Virus record (IMG/VR): IMGVR_UViG_3300031746_000001
DNA: 64,000 bases
Reading direction: 5' to 3' (one strand)
Source of the DNA: a virus
Below, in pieces: positions 36,197-47,691 of the stretch. A model generated the notes under the pieces. That model was not told where the DNA came from, searched no databases, and worked only from the letters and a program-made list of their open reading frames with translations. The position numbers and the translations under genes are program-made. How positions within the stretch are numbered: the stretch's first letter is position 1; every line of letters begins with the position of its first letter.

Positions 36197-36715
36197 AGCC
36201 CCTCCGCTCCGAACTTCTCTTCCCGTTCGATCTTGTGGATATCCTTGAGCGGGACCCCGGCGACCATATCGGTCGTCGGATCGTAAGACGTCCCGTCACA
36301 CATCTGACGTTCCCTAGCCCTTATCAGGATATCACAGCTGAGACAGAGTACCGCCTGAGTCGACTGCACGGGAGCTTTATAGACCCCGATCACGGTCTTG
36401 CACTCCGAGCACAGAAGGGCCCACGTTTTCAGAGGGCCCCGATCACTCCGAACTTCTCCTCCGAATTCTGGGCTTCCTCCAGCTCCTTGTAGGCGAGCTC
36501 CTGCTTCTCGAACGCTATCTTCCATAGCTTATACGCCTCCCTCCTCTCGGCCACATCGATAGACTCGTTTATAATCTTGGAAAGCCGATCCATCTCCTGG
36601 TAGGCTTCCAGCATCATGTGGCTTGCCCTTAACGCCCTTGCCTCGTCCCCCAGTGATCCGGGAGCAAAAGAATGGTGGATCGCGATATACTCGGGACGGG
36701 GACGGATGTGAGACA

Positions 36716-37165
36716 CTACAGGCTCCCCTTCACGCCGAAGGGTTCTTCCTTGTCGGGATCCGGGGTCGGTCTTTTGCCCGGGGCGATCCGGCGGGCCTGA
36801 CCGCCCGCTACCCACAGAAGGTCTCTCTCTATGGTCCTTCCGCTCCCATTACAGACTGGACAGGAACTACGGCTCCCGGGATAGCCATCAATTCCCACTT
36901 CACCCAGACCGCCACAGCGAGGGCAAGCCTCATCGACCGCTCGGCGGGCTTCCTTTATCTTGTCCTCCAACACGGTCTTATAAATTGTGAAGGATATCAT
37001 CCCAGCAGAAACGAGGCAACAGACGGCGGACAGAAGAAGATAAAGCCACGACTTGTGGCTCACGAAATACTCCCGGGAAAACACCACGGTGAAATAAGCG
37101 TAGATGATAGCCAGGGCTATTCCGGGGGCCCAGCGGGCGAAGAGATCAGACCCTTTTTGAGACAT
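36716..37165 (-). CDS. Two-TM protein with DnaJ-type Cys repeats (CPRCGGLG, CPVCNGSG)
   Basis: Motifs seen directly. Confidence 0.6.
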   Translation of the reverse strand: MSQKGSDLFARWAPGIALAIIYAYFTVVFSREYFVSHKSWLYLLLSAVCCLVSAGMISFTIYKTVLEDKIKEARRAVDEACPRCGGLGEVGIDGYPGSRSSCPVCNGSGRTIERDLLWVAGGQARRIAPGKRPTPDPDKEEPFGVKGSL

Positions 37166-40100
37166 AGTAACTCTCAGCGTCCATGGGCCCTTCTAGATGA
37201 ACCAGTCCGAGCTTCCGGAGCCTGCCGAGATAGCCTCCGCCCGCCTGGTACATCCCGCCTCCCTTGTGCGACCCGTTCCCACACCGATATCGCCGCTCCC
37301 AGCAGTCCGACTTCGGCCACATCAGCTCGGCGAACCGTTTAGGCCGGATCCCGGGGTTGGCCTGCACGATCGCCAGGGCTTGCTTCTGCTTGGGCGTGAG
37401 AAGAGCGGTTCTCGCGTCCGCTAAGTCCGCCTTCAGTTTCCGTATCTTTCTCGAAACCATCCTAACCTGCTTTTTGAACTTGTCGCTCGAGCGCATCGAG
37501 CTCCTCCGTGGTCATGAGTTCCTGGGCCCGGGCGGCCACTGAAATGAGCGGAGCGAGCTTCTCCATATACTCCGGAGGCACCGTCGTCCCGTCCATGAAC
37601 TTGAGGTTAGAAAATGAATCCCGCATAATTCCCTCCTGATGCTAGGTGTTTACGAATCCGGGCAACCACCTCAAAGCCCAAATCCGTCATCCGGACCGAC
37701 CCGTTGACCATCGACATCACGGTGACCATCCCGGACTTCTCGAGATCGTCCAGGCAGTCCCAGTCGTCGTGACCGGGAATGACTGACCCGTCCCTGAGTC
37801 GGGTAGCGTAGCCCGGGGCCCAGTGGCCTCCCTGAGATCCCGGATGCTTCTCCGGGTTCGTTCTCATGTGCCGGAAGTCCAGCTCGCCCTTGTTGTCCAC
37901 GCACCGGCTCTCGGCGTAGGTCAGCGTGGACCAGTGGTCTTTCCCAAACTGCTCTACTTGAATGGGCTCGCTCATCTTCGTTTCCCCCGCTTGTTCTTCT
38001 TCCGCATCACAGCACCTTCCAGATTCTCTGTGCGATCATCCTGCCCAGGTAAACGGTGCCCGAGGCGAACCCCATGTAAAACCCGATCTTAGAGTGGGGA
38101 ACCGCCAGAGCAACCCCGAGAGGAATAAACCCGAGAACCACGCCCGTTAGAATACAGAATAGATATCGCATCACAGCCTCCTCAGTTTGTCCCGCAAGCG
38201 ATCGGCCCTTGCACGGAACGCCTTCGCCATCCCCTGGCAGGTGGCGCACTTGCAGTGGGCCCAGGTCTTGGCGTTCGCCTCGCAACGCTGAATCTCATCC
38301 GTGATCATTTCCGTGACGTCTACGGTCAGCTTCTTCTCGCTTCCCATTCCCCCACCTTCTGAAGGGTGTAACGGTACTCCCTTATAGTATGCCTTAAATT
38401 GGGATGAAAGTAAACAGCCTTCGTTCGGTCCAGATACCACTTCGGGTCTTTGATCGCCTTCTCGCAGGCCTCGGCTATCTCGTGGATGTGGTAGCGGGCC
38501 CGGGCGACCCACATAGCCAAGCCCTTCTGCATCACCCCGCAACAGTTACAATGGACGCAGATCTCCCCGTAGCTCCACATGATGGCATAGCACTTCTTGG
38601 TGGCCGGGACGCAGATCGCTATGTGACCCGTCCTCATATAGCTCCCCGGACCCCGAAGGCTTCCTCTCCGGGCGGGTTTAAAGGCACCATCCCCTTCGCC
38701 GACCGGACGGCAAAGAGAGCGGCCTTGCAGATCGCCTCGGGAAAGTTCGTAGCCCCAAACTCGCCCTTGAGCGGGAAGACGTGAACACCGTCCCCGACAT
38801 CAATAAAGCTCGCACGGTAACGGCGGCTATCGTAAGTCAGAGAACACAAGCTCGTATGGGCCCTCATCATCGAGACAACCTGCCAGACCCATTCTTCGTT
38901 GGTAGAATAAAAACGGAGGGGATGGGGATGAACGGGAAGGTTCGAAGAAGGATTTACTATCCCCACGCAGATCGGACGGTTGGGATGAACGTCTGGGCCG
39001 AGAGGAAACCCGGGATACTTCCCCCAGAATTCCTCCCGATGCTCAAAGACTTCTTCTATGATAACTTCCCGGGCGATGCGGATGTCCATAAACTCCCCCG
39101 GCTCCATCGCGTCAAGCACTTGATATAACTGCCCGATGTTGACCCCTGCCGAGGCCACCGTCTCTATGGTGTCTATCGAACCACAATACGGGCAGGACGG
39201 GCTCCCGATGTTATTGAACACCCCACTGCAAAGATTGCACCTTCGCATCACGGCACTCCCCCGATCCCTGACGACCCGCCCATCCGGGGCCCTGACGACA
39301 TCCTCCCGGAAGCCAACCGAGTAAGGTCCTAAGTCGGGAGTGCTGAGATCAGCCATCACAAACTCCCCACCACGGCGATCGCCTTTCGCTTCCGCTCTTC
39401 CTCGGCCTCATGCTCGGCTACCGCCTTCTCGCAACAGACCGGAGTCCCCTCCTCATCCACCTCCCAGTCGCACCCGCAGAACGAGCAGACATCAAACTCC
39501 TCCCTCTCGAGCGTTACCCGATGCTTCGAGAAGGCATCGTGCTCCTTCAGAAGCTCATCGAGATCCTCAGCCGCATCCTCCCAGTTCCGGGGGCTGTCGA
39601 AGTAGAGGGCGGGATCCACCTCTATCCAATGGCGTAGGGTCTTCTTGATTCTCATGGGGCTAAAATGGGCCTCTAAGGGGTCTGAAAAGGGCATCCATCG
39701 ATGCTAGTGAGTGCAGGAGTATGCAGTCGGAAAAATCATAAGTCATTGAAAAAGTGCTCGTTGTGGATTTTGAAGTTCCAAACCTATACCGATACTTTGT
39801 GAAAATCAAGATTTGTGTGCTCGAGGTCCCTTAAAGGACATCTCTTGGGAGGCGGTAAATGAGCCTGAACGGGAAGAAAGACCCTCCGGGAACAGAGCGG
39901 AGAATGACTTCCGAGCGGCACCTGGCAGTAGAAGCATTCCCCGCAGTGCTCTATGATGTCGGTGATACCGAGGATTGTTTCAAACTTAGCCATTCGTCCT
40001 TCTCCATCCGTTTAACCAACCCGTCCTCCTCGAGGGATCGAAGCACCCGCAGAACCCGGCTCTCCGACCAGACGCACCCGTGGACGGCGTCCAGGCAGAA

Positions 40101-41536
40101 GCAGATCTCCGAGAGAGGAACGGGCTTCCCTCTGGGCTCCATATACCCGAGAACGTTCTCCCGGGTCGGCGTCATGCAGAAGGGATAACGTCCCATCTAA
40201 CGATCCTTGTCCCTCTCGATAAACAGCTTCATCCCGCCGTGCTTCCTGACCCACTCCTCCAACGGTTTGCTCTGCTCGACGAAGCCCCCGAGGTCGGCAA
40301 GCGAAACAATCAGGACGTTAGTATGAGAGTAGACCGACGACGGCATCTTCGAGATGTACCCGAGCATGTTCGATCCCATCAGGTAATCCCCCATGACCCA
40401 TTCATACTTGGCATGCACCCCTTCAGTCAACCTCCGGGTCGGCCAGTTATTTTCGACGAGCAGTATCCGCACGACGGAGTTCACAATAAAGGCCGGACCG
40501 GCATAGGAAGGTTCTTTGACCACGACGATCTTCCCGGCATACTTCGGATCGTGGTGGGCTCGCCAGTTCTCCACCTGCACGATCTCCGCATCGAATCCGA
40601 GCTTCTTCTTGATCATAGCCTTCATTTTCTCGGCCTCGATCATGTGCTTCTGCATCGTCTCGGCAGACATCGTCTCCGCCACCGGCTCATACGCCCGCTT
40701 CGCCACACCCAACAGCTCGTTAATATCTCGCATCACAGCCCTCCTCCCTGTAGCCCATATCGAGAAGCATCCTCCCCATAAGTCGATACCCCGGACTTCG
40801 ACCCGGATATAATGTCGGCCTAAAATGCCTCGGCAGGTCGGCCCGAGCAACGGACAGCCCACCATCCTCCTTTCTTTCACGAGGAGAAGGGTTATGGGCT
40901 ATGTAAATCCCATGCACCTTGTCCGTCCAGCCTCCCCTCACCTTTCTGGCCACGGAGCCTTCCCGTTAAGCTGACAGGCCGGAAAGAGAGATACAGGATG
41001 CCTCTTGGCCCTCCACCCCGGGCTCGAGGCCTTAAAGATGATGTCATACCTCATCTCGGTTGCCCGGGCACACATGAGCTCCCCTCCGGCCACCAGGAAC
41101 ATACAGCAGTTCGCTCCCTTGCCTCCCCCGCACTTCTCGAAGGAGGGATTCGGGTTCTCTGGACCCAGATCTTCGAGCTCCTCCTTGTTCGTCCCGCAGA
41201 AACTCGTCGTCCCTTCGTAGACGACGGGAATCTCGTAAGACGCACAGGTTCCCATAAAGTCGGGAACGACGAGGCCCTTCTTTCCCGTTGTGGCGTTCAG
41301 AACGATATGCCCGATCTTAAACATCATGGCGTCATCCTGAACATGTCCTGCACGATTTCATGCGTCCGGTAGTCCCAGGTAAGACCACAGGCCAGGCAAT
41401 GACCATGACCGCATCCTCCGAGCTGGATAACCCGACTCCGGCAGTCTGGATTCGGGCATCTCTCCATCGGATCGGTCCAGTCGTATTTGACTTCCTTCTT
41501 CTCGGCCATCGGTCTCTCCTCGCATTATAAGTTCTT

Positions 41537-41669
41537 AACTGACGGGGCCGGATTCGAACCGGCTTACGTGTTTCGCTTTTATAGGATCGCATACGGCAAC
41601 CGCTCCCGACAGCGTGCAACGCCTACATTCGGTCATCGGGCGTGTTCCCACCACACCGCACCGTCAGTT
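41537..41669 (-). ncRNA. tRNA-like RNA with expanded anticodon and variable regions (not a canonical tRNA)
   Basis: Closing stem AACTGACGG/CCGTCAGTT; D-like arm GTGT-GGTGGGA-ACAC; CCCGA/TCGGG stem with 26-nt loop; perfect T arm GCCGG-TTCGAAT-CCGGC; no CCA. Confidence 0.6.
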
Positions 41670-41678
41670 CATTTTCAA

Positions 41679-41776
41679 GGCGGGCAGGGAAGAAGCCGTA
41701 CCTATCCCCTGGCTTCCGGGCTTAGGATTCAGCCGGACAGGTTAGCCTATCCCCCAGCCCACATCCCACGCCCGCC
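41679..41776 (-). ncRNA. Candidate ~98-nt structured RNA starting at the predicted promoter +1
   Basis: Terminal stem GGCGGGC..GGGA/TCCC.GCCCGCC; internal direct repeat GGGGATAGG x2. Confidence 0.45.
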
Positions 41777-41782
41777 AGAAAC

Positions 41783-41811
41783 ATTATACCTATTCCCAAC
41801 GTAACAGTCAA
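41783..41811 (-). promoter_or_regulatory. Near-consensus sigma70 promoter TTGACT-17-TATAAT
   Basis: -35 at 41806-41811, -10 at 41783-41788. Confidence 0.85.
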
Positions 41812-42391
41812 GTCCCTACGAAATTTTCCTTCTCGACTTAACCCACGCTATGAACAAGCGTCTCGTAGCTCTACGGGACGACGTTAGCATAGACCCGAAG
41901 AAGGCATCCCAGAACCTCTTGCTGTGGGGCTCATTGAACGGGATATCTACCGGGGTCGGTGGAGGAGTATTTAGAATCTTCTCCATGCTCCTCTTGAGAT
42001 CGCCAAGAGGGTCGTTGGATCCAGGACCGGCTGTCGTATCAGTCCATCCCGTCTTCATGGGTGCCACCGTGATCCGACATATTTCCCTATCCTCAAAACG
42101 TATTTCTTATTCACCCGAGCAGACTCGACCACAACCGGGGAACCGGAATAACCAGAAAGCCCGCTACGATGATCGGCGGGTTGCTCATGGTTGTTTCCGC
42201 ACCTATTGAGAAGGTGACGAATCTTGCACTTCCGCATCCCTCCGTAAAAGTAAAGCGGATGGCCACAGCGGGGACAAGTAACCTCGCATGAAAAGGTATT
42301 TAGACGCTCCACGCCGTCCCCAGTAATCGGACGGATGGTCCCATCAGTGTGACGCACGAACAGGATGGATCCCGGATGGGCGGCTATAGCC

Positions 42392-42409
42392 ACTGCTGGC
42401 GCCAGCAGT
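42392..42409. repeat. Dispersed palindrome copy ACTGCTGGCGCCAGCAGT (18 bp)
   Basis: Perfect palindrome filling the gap between two ORFs. Confidence 0.85.
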
Positions 42410-43832
42410 TAGGAATGGTGATCGCGACGAACCTTGACATCCGGAAGGACCGGCGTGATCTTAATGTTCCCGAGGGTCTCATCCCGAATGACGACCTCCC
42501 GAATGAGCTTCCCGGGAATCGAAGCAAGGGTGATCCAATTCGCGGCCCATATCTTTCCGGGGCCGATCGGGTCGACCGCTCCCGGGCCGACATAGAGATA
42601 GGTCGGCCTCAATCGAGCTTTCTTGGCCGAGGCTTTCGATACGACGTTCACATCGTAGACAAGACCCCTTCCGATGTGGACGACCTTCTTCTCCTCGTCC
42701 ACCCCGATAAGGGGCCCAATCACGGTCTGAAGGACGCACGTCCTTCTCTCCCGCAAGACCACCGTCACGTCCCGACCGACATACTGCCTTAGTTCGACGA
42801 ACGATCCTCCCCCTTCATCCGACATCCACTCCGCTCTCGACATACTTCCTCCTTGCATTAAAGGTTAACTGCACTACGTCATATCGGTCACAGCAGAAGT
42901 CGTGATCCCCATCCTCCGAAGCATCCTCTTGGCATCCCGCAGGACTGGCCAGCGTCGGGCATCGTGCTCCCGGTCCAGCAGACAACACCGAATCATTTCC
43001 TGCTTCTTGCACTTCCTCAGCCCCCGGTTCTTCTTGTTCCTGATCCTCCGGACACAGGCCGAGCAGACTGGCAGGGTCTTAATGATCTCATCGAACTTAG
43101 ACCCGTTCCACATCGGGGCAGACGCCGTAAGAATCCTGATAATCTCTTCAGCCTCGGGCATGGCCATTCATCCCAGATCGCAGGGGAAGCCTCCGAACGG
43201 AATTTCGGGATACGCATTCCCGCTGGCCGTCAGTAAACTCCACTAGAATGCTATTCATTGAACCCCGTGCGATAACACGGCACTCCCGACCGTATAGCTG
43301 TTTTCGCTTTGGGTTGTTTTTCCAGGCGTAATAATGGGTCATCTACTCGGACGTATCAGAGTATTTTTTGTAGAGCTGATCCACAAGTCCGGCCCCTCTC
43401 TCCATCGTCATGCGTCTCGTAATGACATGCAGACAGCAATCAAGAAGGTGCTTGATCTGGCACTTCCGCATTCCGAGATGAACGATGGTTTCCTGGTGGC
43501 ATTTCGGGCACGTAACGTGAAACATGTTCTTCAGCTTGAAGGCCTCGCATATCCTACGCCAGAGATACGTCAGATCGGGATCCTCTTCGTAATTCCGGGG
43601 GATACGGGGAAGGACGCTCATAGCCACAGCCCTTTCTTCATCCGGATATCCACACACACCTTCCGGCCCTCAACCCACGACTTGATTATCTTACCTGCCC
43701 CCTCACCGGCGATCGTGACCTCTGTCCCCATGACCTTCGTGGCGAGATCCTGAAGGCCATTTGGATCGAATCCCCGTCCGGTTATCGTAGACATGTCTGC
43801 ATCGATTAAAACCGCCCGCACGAACCTTTGAA

Positions 43833-45839
43833 CTATCGGGGTCTTGTTGGCCATCCTCCCCTCCCTCCCTCTTCCTGTGGAATCATCCCCCCGATCACCC
43901 AGGAGTCTCCCTTGGGCCCCTCATCCTCGGGTTCGGGCGATTCGCTGATCCCAAGCCTCGGCTCCGGAAGCTCTGCCCCGGACACGGTGTGCATGTCGAT
44001 CTGGTAGGTCACCCCAGCAAGCCCATCGGCGACGTCCTTGCTCCCACCTTCGGGGTGATCGATCTTCTGACTCCCCACGTCGTATTGAAGCTCCCGTAGT
44101 TCCTTCTCGAGGATATAGTAGTGGTAGAAGATCGCCCGATCCTCATAGAGAGACGTCCGGCAGGACCGGTAGGGCTCCGGCGTCGTGTCCACGGACTGGA
44201 TGGTCGCATCGAAGCCCCGGGCGTTGAACTGCTGGATGCTGTCCGCGCTCTGGTAGGTATCTGCCGTGATCTTCAGAATGTGGAACCCATGCTCCACGAA
44301 GTCGTAGATGATACCCCTGATCTCCGCAAAGCTGATCTCCCCGCCCGGTGGAGCCTGGACCGCCAGAGTAAGGTCGGTCCGGATGACAGGAACCTCCTCA
44401 AAATATTCCATGAGGACGTTCTCCTCGGACTCCTCCCGCTTCTGCCTCTTGACCCGAACCTTCCCCGCAGAGTGAGCGATGACCACACCCGTTCGGTCGC
44501 CGGACTTCGATGTGTCAATGTGAACGAACCGTGGGGCATCCGGGCTCTCCCGTGGGACCCTCTCACCCCGCTCGTTGGTCGTGCAGAGATAGTCCCAGTC
44601 GATCGTATACCTCTCCCCGCTCATGTGGATGAGGCTTCCCCCGCAACGGAAGGGGTTCTTCCTCTCCCTCTCCCGATCGAAGGCCTGGGCGATCTTCTCC
44701 CTACGGTGGATGAAGGGGTTGATCGCCGTCGTGGAGATCCCGGCAAAGTCCCTGAGTGACCCATCGATATCGTCCTCAAAGTTCTTCCGGAAGTCCTCCG
44801 GGACTTCGATAATGAAGCACCCCTCCTCGAGGAGGGGCTCCTCTCCGGGAGAAAGAATCCGCGACGGGATCCGCTCGTTGCCGACGAACACCCGGAACCT
44901 CTTGCTCTGCATAAAAACCTGTTCCCGAGTATCCCACAGCGAATAATCCCGCACGAACACGTGAGGATCGTTCTTGACCTCTGCGATCTTCCGGTCCAGA
45001 AAGTCGGTCTTGCTCCGCTTGGACGACACCAGGAACAGGATGCCGGGGAGCTTCCCGTGCTTCATGTAACGGGACTGCATGCGCCGGCTCAAGGCGTAGT
45101 AAAGTCCCTCGGCCTTGCCATAAATCCTCGTCCCGAAAATCGGGATGGCCTTGTTTTTATGACCGAGATCCATGAAGTTAGTTTCATCAACTACAGCACT
45201 GATCACATTTTGTCCGAGAACGGAAGTATCCTGCGAGCTGGCAACGGAGAGGAAAATCTTGTTCGGGAACCTAAGCTCCTCCTGCGTCTCTGCAAACTTG
45301 AACTCCTCCCGAAAGTAGGGGATGGCGTTCAGCATGGCGGCAATTTCCCCGAACACAACGTGCTTGGCAAGCTTCAGGGTGAGAGAGATGAAGGAGATGA
45401 CGATCGAAGTGGTCTCCATCTGACCGTAGGTCATCTGCGGGCTCCGCAGAAGGGACGTCTGATAGAGGGAGTAGAGCTCGGCTACATCCACGACCGTGGT
45501 CTTGCCCCATCCGATCGCCCCGGTCACCAGGGCTTCATAATACTCCCCGGAGAATAGCTCGTAGAGATCATCGATGATCTTGGGGAAAACCTGGATCCCC
45601 AACCGCCCGAAAAAGTAATCGTTGGTCAGAAAGGTTTCTATATCTACGGGCTGGCTCTTGTATTCCATGCGACTGAGGGTCTTTTCGAAATCCTCCCCAA
45701 TAACATCCAGGTTCCGGACATACAACATGATGGCTTCGATCTCATCGGGACCCAACCCCTGCAATTCAGGTATGGTGTCCCAGAGAGCATCATCCACCGT
45801 CCGGATGCTCCGGCTATGTCCCCCTGAAGTTTCGATCAT
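43833..45839 (-). CDS. terL: Terminase large subunit
   Basis: Walker A GAIGWGKT, Walker B AVVDE, nuclease motifs HIDTSKSGD, TADTYQS, DHPEGGSKDVAD. Confidence 0.93.
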   Translation of the reverse strand: MIETSGGHSRSIRTVDDALWDTIPELQGLGPDEIEAIMLYVRNLDVIGEDFEKTLSRMEYKSQPVDIETFLTNDYFFGRLGIQVFPKIIDDLYELFSGEYYEALVTGAIGWGKTTVVDVAELYSLYQTSLLRSPQMTYGQMETTSIVISFISLTLKLAKHVVFGEIAAMLNAIPYFREEFKFAETQEELRFPNKIFLSVASSQDTSVLGQNVISAVVDETNFMDLGHKNKAIPIFGTRIYGKAEGLYYALSRRMQSRYMKHGKLPGILFLVSSKRSKTDFLDRKIAEVKNDPHVFVRDYSLWDTREQVFMQSKRFRVFVGNERIPSRILSPGEEPLLEEGCFIIEVPEDFRKNFEDDIDGSLRDFAGISTTAINPFIHRREKIAQAFDRERERKNPFRCGGSLIHMSGERYTIDWDYLCTTNERGERVPRESPDAPRFVHIDTSKSGDRTGVVIAHSAGKVRVKRQKREESEENVLMEYFEEVPVIRTDLTLAVQAPPGGEISFAEIRGIIYDFVEHGFHILKITADTYQSADSIQQFNARGFDATIQSVDTTPEPYRSCRTSLYEDRAIFYHYYILEKELRELQYDVGSQKIDHPEGGSKDVADGLAGVTYQIDMHTVSGAELPEPRLGISESPEPEDEGPKGDSWVIGGMIPQEEGGRGGWPTRPR

Positions 45840-46606
45840 CTTTCCACGTCCACCTCAACCGCCATATTCCCCCGTCTGGCTTTTGGCCGCCTTCCCTCCT
45901 GGACCGCATCGATAGACGGCCTCATTCCAATGAGCTTGGACATCCCCTCCGGCCCGAGGCCCCTCAGCTTCCGGATAACCCCGAGGACCCTGGTCCGCTT
46001 CTCCGGCGTCTCCAAGACGTTCATGAGAGCCCGGCTATGACCGAACTGCTTGTGGGCATCCGACATAATGCGGCTCATGTCGTCCGGCCCACCACCTTCC
46101 ATCCAAGGCACGTGCCTTCTGAAAATCCCTAGATCCATTTCCTTGTCCATGATCGTCTCGAGAATCTTCCGGGCGACCTCAACCTCAAAAGCGTTCTTGA
46201 AAATCTTGTGAATCTGGCGCTCGGTGGCGAGATCGATATTCAGGCGTTCCTTCTGGATGGCATAAATCTCCCACAGTTCCTTGATAGGCCGGATTCCGGC
46301 CTCAAGAGCTTCGATAGCCTTAGATATGGTGGGAGGGATTCTGGTCGAGGCAAGTTCGCCGGGCGGAATAGACTCTCGGAATGCGTCCACAACCCGGCGA
46401 AGGCTTTCGAGCTTAACGTCCGTGTATTCGTTCTGGCTCTGGATGAACTCCGCTATTTTTAGGGCGGGCTGGCCTTCCCTGATTCTCCGATCTACCTCGG
46501 GAAAGCAGATTAGGCCGCGAAGACGTTCAATCTTCGCTCGGGGGAAGGGTATTTTAGCAAACGTCCTTCCCCCGCTGTTGACTCGATGACGATAATGTTT
46601 TGGCAT
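45836..46606 (-). CDS. Putative terminase small subunit
   Basis: Helical protein immediately upstream of and overlapping TerL. Confidence 0.5.
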   Translation of the reverse strand: MPKHYRHRVNSGGRTFAKIPFPRAKIERLRGLICFPEVDRRIREGQPALKIAEFIQSQNEYTDVKLESLRRVVDAFRESIPPGELASTRIPPTISKAIEALEAGIRPIKELWEIYAIQKERLNIDLATERQIHKIFKNAFEVEVARKILETIMDKEMDLGIFRRHVPWMEGGGPDDMSRIMSDAHKQFGHSRALMNVLETPEKRTRVLGVIRKLRGLGPEGMSKLIGMRPSIDAVQEGRRPKARRGNMAVEVDVER

Positions 46607-46612
46607 CCGTAA

Positions 46613-46813
46613 TCAAGAGGTTGCTTTTGAAGGTGGTCCGATAGAAACGCTTCTTACGTCCTCAAAGACTTCAAAGCTCATTCCCTTCATCATGGCTTGA
46701 ATCCCCTCCGATTTTCCCGTCCGGAGAGCATCAAGAAACTCGGGGATCGACGTATCCGGTTCTTCCTCCCTAAGTGTGATCTTGAGGACGACGGTTTTAG
46801 TTACCGGTCCCAA
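46613..46813 (-). CDS. Small hypothetical protein
   Basis: SD GGAGGT. Confidence 0.5.
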   Translation of the reverse strand: MGPVTKTVVLKITLREEEPDTSIPEFLDALRTGKSEGIQAMMKGMSFEVFEDVRSVSIGPPSKATS

Positions 46814-46828
46814 GGTACACCTCCCGGG

Positions 46829-47668
46829 TTAAACGGCCGGTGGAGGGATGGGCGATTCGGGTGCGGTTGGCGATTCCACAGCCGGAGGAACAGGCACCTC
46901 CGGAAGAGGAGCTAACTGCAACGTCCGCTCGAGCTCCCGCAGGCGCTTACACTCGTCGGCGACCTGCCCCCGGAACTCCATCATCTTTCGCTCCATATCC
47001 CCGATGGAGTTTACGAGCGATGCGAGATACTTAGCCTTGAGCTCTTCGATGGTAAGATTCTCGAGGCTCACAGACAGGTCAGTAGCGTAAGCTGTGCTCA
47101 CATCGCATGGGTTGAGAAGGCGGTCCTCCTCGTGCTTGGACGGTCTTGTCCGGGCCAGGGAAGCCCCGAACGTCCGCACGATCTCCATCTGCCCGCTCGT
47201 GATGGCCGGATCGACCCAGGCTGGGAAGATCAGGACGAGGAGATAGTAGAAGAACTCCTCCGAAGCGTCGTTGATCATCGAGACGCCCTTCTCCCAGTTA
47301 AGGAGGAAGGCATCCCCGGAGAAGTTAAGGCCGATGTCGTCGTCGGTGATCATCTTGATCATGCCCCGTTCCATCATGGCCGAGGCAGTCTCCTGCGTCC
47401 GCTGGGCGACGTCCTTGTAGCCCTGCAGGAACTCCACAGATCTCCCGCACATGTCCCTGGTGGATTCGATGACCTTGATAAACGCCTCGGCTACGTCGTT
47501 CACCTCATCGCTCTTTTGGCGACGAAGCTCGTAAAGCCACTCCATCTTGGCTTTCAGGCCCGCCGACCGGGCTCCGTTCAGGTGGGACACGCCGATAAAC
47601 TTCTCGAGGCGGTCGAGAAAGTCCCGCTTCTTATTCCGCAGGACTTCTACTTCTTCGATCTTCATCAT
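46829..47668 (-). CDS. Hypothetical coiled-coil protein
   Basis: 279-aa ORF with SD. Confidence 0.65.
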   Translation of the reverse strand: MMKIEEVEVLRNKKRDFLDRLEKFIGVSHLNGARSAGLKAKMEWLYELRRQKSDEVNDVAEAFIKVIESTRDMCGRSVEFLQGYKDVAQRTQETASAMMERGMIKMITDDDIGLNFSGDAFLLNWEKGVSMINDASEEFFYYLLVLIFPAWVDPAITSGQMEIVRTFGASLARTRPSKHEEDRLLNPCDVSTAYATDLSVSLENLTIEELKAKYLASLVNSIGDMERKMMEFRGQVADECKRLRELERTLQLAPLPEVPVPPAVESPTAPESPIPPPAV

Positions 47669-47691
47669 GGTGGGTCTCCTTATTCTAATGC

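Larger units (their letters stand above)
35303..43854 (-). other. Accessory region of ~25 small hypothetical ORFs, many Cys-rich Zn-ribbons, between portal and terminase
   Basis: Contiguous minus-strand ORFs, e.g. 35303-35620, 35607-36074, 36071-36196, 36716-37165, 37146-37496, 37607-37975, 38326-38637, 38634-39359, 39356-39694, 40197-40733, 40938-41327, 41324-41509, 41816-42067, 42055-42393, 42409-42858, 42874-43167, 43343-43657. Confidence 0.7.

Noticed and set aside
39731-39752. IHF-like or att-like motif TAAGTCATTGA in an AT-rich gap
   Set aside because: Only one imperfect match and no integrase in the window.
41537-41669. Canonical tRNA gene
   Set aside because: No 7-nt anticodon loop or U33, oversized variable region, acceptor mismatch and no CCA; kept as tRNA-like only.
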